A DNA stretch of 64,000 bases from an uncultured Solirubrobacteraceae bacterium (GTDB lineage Bacteria; Actinomycetota; Thermoleophilia; Solirubrobacterales; Solirubrobacteraceae). The stretch covers positions 385,232 through 449,231 of the forward strand of contig OY969573.1 in assembly GCA_963701175.1 (NCBI GenBank), given 5' to 3'. The position numbers and the translations under genes were made by a program. Positions 58,824 through 64,000 of this stretch are shown piece after piece. Under the pieces are notes generated by a model that was not told where the DNA came from, did not search any database, and saw nothing but the letters and a program-made list of their open reading frames with translations. Numbering within the stretch: the stretch's first letter is position 1; each line of letters begins with the position of its first letter.

Positions 58824-59882
58824 TCAGCCCACCAATGGCGAGGACCACAGCGACTGCTCCTCGCTGCCGAGCCGCCACAGGCCGACCTGGAAGCCGGCCG
58901 CGCGGGCGATCCCCAGCACGTCGAGGACCGCCTTGGAGTCCATGTACCAGACCTCGTGGGGAACCCCTTCGGGGCCGGCGTAGGTGAAGCTCAGCTCGCC
59001 CGAGAGCGGGTCGCGGACGGCGTGCGCCCCGACCGAGCGGGCGAGTGCCACCACGCGGTCGTACTGGTAGGCGGTGGCCGGCCCGGTGCTCTGTGAGCCG
59101 AGCGGCTGGCCGGCCGCGGTGCCGGCCCAGTCGAGGCCGTACATCGGAGCGCCGACGACGAAGCGGGAATGCTCGGGGAGCGTCCGCAGGAACCCCACCA
59201 CCGCGCTCACGAACGACAGCGTCGAGATGGCCCCCGGGGGCGAGGTCGCCCAGTGGGTGCCCCACGCCATCACGAACACGGTGTCCGCCGAGGCCGACAG
59301 CGCACGGTCGTCGTAGAAGGCGTAGGGCGCGCCCGGGCCTTCGTGGGTGACGCCGTCCACCACCACCGCCAGCCGGCGATGACGGCGGTGGAGTTTTTCC
59401 GCCAGCGCGGCCACGAACGAGCTGAGCGCTTCGCGGTCTTCCGGGCCGTCGTTCTCGAGGTCCAGGCAGAGCCCCGCATAGGCCGGCTTGAGGGCCAGCG
59501 CCGCGAGCCTGGCGAGCAGCTCCTGACGAGGTCCGGGTTCGCTCAGCAGCCGGTGGACGATGGCGCCGTCCTGGCAGTTGAAGCGGGGCATCACCGGGAT
59601 CGAGTGTCCCCGCGCGAAGGCGTCGATCGAGGGCACGTCCCCACCCGCCACACCGGCGCCGGAGGGGGTGCATTCGAAGTAGGTGGGGTACACGACCGAG
59701 ACGTCTCCCGCGTGTGCCCGCAGGTCCGCGAGCGAGTCGGGGGAGCTGCTCAGCAGGAACGCCTGCACGCCCCCGGCGGCGCGGTGGCTACGAGCCGCCG
59801 TCGCGACCGCGCCGGATGCGGGCCCGGCGGCCCAGCCCAGCGCGGCCGCCGCGGCGGCCGCGACCAGGGGACGGCCCCTCAA
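58824..59882 (-). CDS. secreted GH18-family glycoside hydrolase
   Basis: TTG 59882 overlapping upstream TGA; signal peptide; AGLCLDLEN, VMAW, GAPMYG.DW, GLWRLG. Confidence 0.85.
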   Translation of the reverse strand: MRGRPLVAAAAAAALGWAAGPASGAVATAARSHRAAGGVQAFLLSSSPDSLADLRAHAGDVSVVYPTYFECTPSGAGVAGGDVPSIDAFARGHSIPVMPRFNCQDGAIVHRLLSEPGPRQELLARLAALALKPAYAGLCLDLENDGPEDREALSSFVAALAEKLHRRHRRLAVVVDGVTHEGPGAPYAFYDDRALSASADTVFVMAWGTHWATSPPGAISTLSFVSAVVGFLRTLPEHSRFVVGAPMYGLDWAGTAAGQPLGSQSTGPATAYQYDRVVALARSVGAHAVRDPLSGELSFTYAGPEGVPHEVWYMDSKAVLDVLGIARAAGFQVGLWRLGSEEQSLWSSPLVG

Positions 59883-62371
59883 GCGCCTTCTCCGCCGAGC
59901 AGCGGCAGCTGCCAGATCGTCTGGTCCTCTTTCCCGAGCCGCCACAGGCCCAGTTTCAGGCCCAGCGAGTTGGCCAGGTTCGCGCGTACTTCCAGCGAGT
60001 GCCGGTTGACGTACCAGACCTGGTGGTTGACGCCGTTGGAGCTGTAGGAGAAATGCGGGCTCTCGCTCGAGCCTTCCCATTCCGGGGTGATGCCCAGCGA
60101 TTCGGCGAGGCTCATGATTTCGCTGTACTGCAGCGCGGTGCCGGGGTTGGACGGTCCGCCACCGTTGGGCCAGTCGACGCCGTACAGGGGCATCGCCAGC
60201 ACGAACTTGTGCAGGTCGGGCATCGTCGCGGTGTATTTGGCGACCTGGCTGAACCAGTTGTATTCGTCGATCGAGCCGGGGCCGGAGGTCACCCAGTGGT
60301 AGCCCCAGTCCATCACCAGCACGTAGTCGGACGGGCCGGAGAGGGCGGCGTCGTTGTACATCGCCGCGCGTCCGGTGGGGACGTTCCAGTACTTCGCGGT
60401 CACCACCGTCGAGAGCTTGTCGCCCTGGGCATGGAGCCGTTCGGCGAGCATCGTGATAAAGCTGGTGAACGGTTCGCGGTCGTTCGGCGGCGCGTTCTCG
60501 AAATCGATCTGGATCCCGCTGTAGCCGTAGGTCCGGCAGTATTCGGCCAGCTTTTCGATCGTCTGCTGCCTGACCGATGGCTGGTTGAGGATCGCTTCCT
60601 CGGCGCTGACGTTGAGGCAGTTCACGCGCGGCAGCACTTCGACCTTGCGCAGCGTGGCCCAGTGGGTGATCAGGGGGTCGTCGCCGCCCACGATGGTCCC
60701 GCCCGGTCCGCATTCGAAGTAGGTCGGGTACACGACCCCGATCTGCTGGTAGTGGGCCTCGAGGTCTTCGAAGCTTTCGTCGGTCGAGGACAACAGGAAG
60801 GCCTGCGCGTTGCCGTGGGTGGGCGGCGGGTCGGCGGTCTGCAGGACCAGCGGCTGGCTCGGTTCGCTGACCGCCCCCAGCGAGTCCACGGCGCTGACGG
60901 TGATCGAGTATTCGCTGGCGGCGGCGAGGTTTTCGAGCGTCCGCTCGGTGCTGTCGCTCTGGCCCACGGGAATGTCGTCGCGGAACAGCCGGTAGCCGAC
61001 GATGTCGCCGCTGACCGCGGTGCTGGGCTGCCAGCTGATCTGGGCCGAGCTGCTGGTGACGGCGCTGGCGGTCACGTCCTGGGGCGCCGGCGGCGGCGTG
61101 TGCGTGGTGAGGACCACCAGTTCGGGGGTCGGCGCGCTCAGGTACCCGGCCGAGTCGCGCGTGCGTACGGTGAACGTGTAGCGCCGCGAGGAGGCGAGCG
61201 CGACCGTTGCGATCTGGGCATCGACGAAGCCGACCGGCTCGCCGTCCTCTTCCAGGAGATAGCCGCTGACGGTGCCGCCGGGGGCCGTCCCGGCCTGCCA
61301 GGAGAGCGTCACCGAGGTGTCGGTCACGGTGACCGCCGACAGCAGCGAGGGTGGCGTCGGGGCGGGGTGCTCGGTGGTGAGCTTGAGTGACCCGCTGCGA
61401 GCGCTTTCGGCCCCGTCGGTGTCCAGCGCGGCGACCGTGATCGTGTACGTCTGGGGGAAGTTCAGGTGCGTCAGGCGGATCGAGGGGGACGACGTCTGGG
61501 CAACGAGGGTGCCGTTGCGGTACACCCGGTAGCCGGCCAGCGGGGCAGCGCCCGCCCTGCTCGGCAGCCACAGCACGGTGGCTTCCGTGCCGCTCACTTC
61601 GGCCGCGCTGAGGCCTTCGGGCATGCTCGGCGGCGCTCCGGCGGCGTGGGGGCGTACGAGCGCTCCGATCACCAGCCCGTGGCCGGAGGGGCCGAGTCGG
61701 TCACGGGTGTCGACGGCGGCGACGGTCACCCGGTGGGTGCGGGTCGAGCTGAGGATCAGCGTGTAGCGCAGCGACCGCGTCTGCCCCGCGACGGCGCCGT
61801 CGAGGTCGACCCGGTAGCCGGCGATGGGGGCGTCCCCGCGGCGGGCGGCCCGCCACCCGATGACCGTGCCGGTGGCGGTGCGGGAGAGCACCTTCAGACC
61901 CGGGACCACACCCGGCATCCGCACCTGCACCGTCTCGCTCAGCCGGGCCGTGCACCGTAGCCCCCCGTTCCCGTAGCGGGCCTGGACGGCGAAGGTGGTC
62001 TGGGCCCCGGGCGTGACCGCCAGCACCATCGAGGGCTCGTCGGTCTGGCCCACGGTCCGCCCCGCGCGCAGCACCCGGTAGACGACCCCGCTGGATCCGC
62101 GTGCCCCGCTGGGAGCGCTCCAGCTCAGGCGGGCCTGGGAGCCGTGCAGGCGCGTCAGCTGCAGGCGCCCGGGGGCGTGGGTCGAGCACGGCCCGCGGTG
62201 CACGGCCGCCGGCGAGTGGCTGGCGTGGGAGGGCCCTTTGGTTGCGGCCCGCCCCGCCGGCGCGCCGCCGACCGTCAGCGAGACGGCGGCGGCGCCGGCC
62301 ACGGCGGGCAGCGCCACGAGCGCCACCGTCACCACCAGCCCCAGCGAAAGCGGCCGCCGGCGGGCGCTCAC
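59879..62371 (-). CDS. secreted protein: five fibronectin type III repeats plus GH18 domain
   Basis: five W...Y(R/L)(V/L) FnIII units; SGIQIDFEN, VMDWGYHW, MPLYG.DW, GLWRLG. Confidence 0.88.
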   Translation of the reverse strand: MSARRRPLSLGLVVTVALVALPAVAGAAAVSLTVGGAPAGRAATKGPSHASHSPAAVHRGPCSTHAPGRLQLTRLHGSQARLSWSAPSGARGSSGVVYRVLRAGRTVGQTDEPSMVLAVTPGAQTTFAVQARYGNGGLRCTARLSETVQVRMPGVVPGLKVLSRTATGTVIGWRAARRGDAPIAGYRVDLDGAVAGQTRSLRYTLILSSTRTHRVTVAAVDTRDRLGPSGHGLVIGALVRPHAAGAPPSMPEGLSAAEVSGTEATVLWLPSRAGAAPLAGYRVYRNGTLVAQTSSPSIRLTHLNFPQTYTITVAALDTDGAESARSGSLKLTTEHPAPTPPSLLSAVTVTDTSVTLSWQAGTAPGGTVSGYLLEEDGEPVGFVDAQIATVALASSRRYTFTVRTRDSAGYLSAPTPELVVLTTHTPPPAPQDVTASAVTSSSAQISWQPSTAVSGDIVGYRLFRDDIPVGQSDSTERTLENLAAASEYSITVSAVDSLGAVSEPSQPLVLQTADPPPTHGNAQAFLLSSTDESFEDLEAHYQQIGVVYPTYFECGPGGTIVGGDDPLITHWATLRKVEVLPRVNCLNVSAEEAILNQPSVRQQTIEKLAEYCRTYGYSGIQIDFENAPPNDREPFTSFITMLAERLHAQGDKLSTVVTAKYWNVPTGRAAMYNDAALSGPSDYVLVMDWGYHWVTSGPGSIDEYNWFSQVAKYTATMPDLHKFVLAMPLYGVDWPNGGGPSNPGTALQYSEIMSLAESLGITPEWEGSSESPHFSYSSNGVNHQVWYVNRHSLEVRANLANSLGLKLGLWRLGKEDQTIWQLPLLGGEGA

Positions 62372-62691
62372 GGGCGCCCCCCGGCGGCTCGGTGCCCGAC
62401 CGGACGCGCAGTCCCCATCGCGGCTGTGTGCGCGTCCGGCCGTGCAGTTCGGCGCGTGACATCGCGTGCGGCCGGTCGCGCAGTCCCCCTCGTGGCTGCA
62501 TGCGCGACCGGCCGCACGGTCCCCCTATCGGCTGCGCCTCCGTCGTTCTCGGTCAGCCTCTGTACCTCGGCCGAGAGCTGGCGCCAGAGTTTCCAGGGCG
62601 CCCGCGCCAGGCCGGGGCCGAGCAGGAGCACCGGCAGGATCGCGGCGGGGAGGAGGGCCTGGGCGAGCGCCCGGCGAACCGTCACGCTCAC
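62368..62691 (-). CDS. small membrane protein with four 12-aa repeats
   Basis: GTGA overlaps at both ends; TM helix followed by (R/M)(G/R)T(V/A)RP repeats. Confidence 0.6.
   Translation of the reverse strand: MSVTVRRALAQALLPAAILPVLLLGPGLARAPWKLWRQLSAEVQRLTENDGGAADRGTVRPVAHAATRGTARPAARDVTRRTARPDAHTAAMGTARPVGHRAAGGRP
62400..62524. repeat. degenerate 36-bp tandem repeat, 4 copies
   Basis: CCGG..G(C/T)GCAGT(C)CCC-like units at about 62400, 62436, 62472, 62508. Confidence 0.7.
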
Positions 62692-63983
62692 CGCGAGGGC
62701 CCTCCTCCCACGCCCGCCGTGGCGGGGCGGGTACCCCACTGCGCGGTGCGGCAGGTGGCGATCGCGTAGTAGGTCTGCCACAGCATGATCCCGAGGTAGA
62801 AGAAGACGAACAGGACCCCGTAGATCCACACCAGGCTGTACTCGTCCTGGAACAGGACGTAGTAGAGCGAGTAGACCATCGCCAGCGCGTAGATGCCGGC
62901 GATGTAGACCAGCGGCAGGGTGCCGCCGTGGGCGATCGGGCCCCACACGATCGCGTGCACCGCCGCCGCCGGGGCCAGCAGCGGCAGCACGATGCTGAGG
63001 TAGGTGAAGAAGGCCGCCACCGGGTGCTTGCGCCAGATGAACCTCGCCACCAGCAGCGACTCCCGCGTCCACGAGCGCTTCCACCGCGTCTGCTGGGTGA
63101 CGAAGGCGCGGAACGTGCTCGGGACGATCGTGTGCGAGACGGCCTTCTTCTCGTACACCACCCGCCAGTCGCGCAGCACGCAGTTGGTCAGCGAGCGGTC
63201 GTCGCCGAAGGTCGACTCGACCCCCAGGAAACGCTGGTTCTCCCACCAGTCCATGCGCGGCAGGATCGCCTCGCGGCGGTAGGCCGAGAAGCAGCCCGAG
63301 CAACACGTCACGGCCGAGAACACCGACTCCGCCGCCTTCACCACGCGGAAGGCCACGAAGTAGCGGACCGCTTGCATCCGCGTGAGCCAGGTGTCGGAGA
63401 TGTTGAGGACGTTCGCGTGCCCGCAGACGGCGCCCACGCGGTGGTCGGCGAGTGGCTGCACGAGCTGGCGCAGGGCATCGGGCTCGACCACCGAGTCGGA
63501 GTCCACGAACGCGACCACCTCGGCCGTGCTCGCACGGATGCCGGCCGCCATCGCCGCCCGCTTGCCGCGGTTCTCGGGGAAGTCGATCACCCGCACCCGT
63601 CCCCCCGATTCGTCGGCCACCTTCTGCATCTCCTCCAGGGTCGAGTCGGTGGAGCCGTCGTTGACGGCGATCAGCTCGAGCTTGTCGTGGGGGTAGTCGA
63701 CCGCCAACAGCGCCCGCAGCGATTTGGCGATCGCCTCGGCCTCGTTGAAGGACGGCATCACGATCGCGATCTCCGGCTCGAGGCCGACGTACGGGCGCGA
63801 GCGGTAGAAGAGGCTGAAGATGAAGCGGCTGAGGATGTAGGAGGCGACGCACACGCTGTAGACGCCGAAGAAGGGGCTCGAGAACATCAGCCCGAGGAAG
63901 GCGGCCTTGTAGGCCATGACCGCGACGATCAGCCCCACCAGGTAGATCGCCGCGATCACCTTCAGGACGCGGTGCAGCCGCAT
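62688..63983 (-). CDS. processive GT2 synthase, hyaluronan synthase/NodC-like
   Basis: DGSTD, GKRAAM, FVDSD, CCSGCFSAYR, GDDRSLT, QQTRWKRSW; N- and C-terminal TM helices. Confidence 0.9.
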   Translation of the reverse strand: MRLHRVLKVIAAIYLVGLIVAVMAYKAAFLGLMFSSPFFGVYSVCVASYILSRFIFSLFYRSRPYVGLEPEIAIVMPSFNEAEAIAKSLRALLAVDYPHDKLELIAVNDGSTDSTLEEMQKVADESGGRVRVIDFPENRGKRAAMAAGIRASTAEVVAFVDSDSVVEPDALRQLVQPLADHRVGAVCGHANVLNISDTWLTRMQAVRYFVAFRVVKAAESVFSAVTCCSGCFSAYRREAILPRMDWWENQRFLGVESTFGDDRSLTNCVLRDWRVVYEKKAVSHTIVPSTFRAFVTQQTRWKRSWTRESLLVARFIWRKHPVAAFFTYLSIVLPLLAPAAAVHAIVWGPIAHGGTLPLVYIAGIYALAMVYSLYYVLFQDEYSLVWIYGVLFVFFYLGIMLWQTYYAIATCRTAQWGTRPATAGVGGGPSR

Positions 63984-64000
63984 CGCTAGGGCACCTCCCT

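Overview
High-GC actinobacterial chromosome segment; the gene content and style suggest Thermoleophilia/Solirubrobacterales (inference). 1-49.2 kb is mostly core and metabolic genes: folB-folP-ftsH-hpt-tilS, a MerR-adenylate cyclase, beta-oxidation genes with a sirtuin, a MoxR/VWA pair, a TPP riboswitch with a thiXYZ-type ABC transporter, pfkA, a two-component system facing an ApbE flavinylation/ferric-reductase/NuoF-like/ferredoxin operon, a divergent serine-palmitoyltransferase-like and bCerS-like pair (candidate ceramide synthesis), mIHF, a yrbE-yrbE-mkl-MMPL operon lacking MCE genes, and glutamine synthetase III. The main accessory feature is a complete 9.3-kb integrated element (49254-58599). 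It is bounded by a 12-bp direct repeat, TCATCAAGTAGC, that duplicates the 3' end of the GSIII gene. It encodes a tyrosine integrase, an AAA helicase/Rep with an internal iteron-like array, Xis-like and Cro-like HTH proteins, and both small and large terminase subunits, but no recognisable capsid, portal or tail gene. It is therefore a candidate unusual phage satellite. The window ends in a HasA/NodC-like synthase plus two GH18 genes. Two probable single-base frameshifts (about 30771 and about 40830) may be sequencing indels. No CRISPR array, rRNA or tRNA was recognised.
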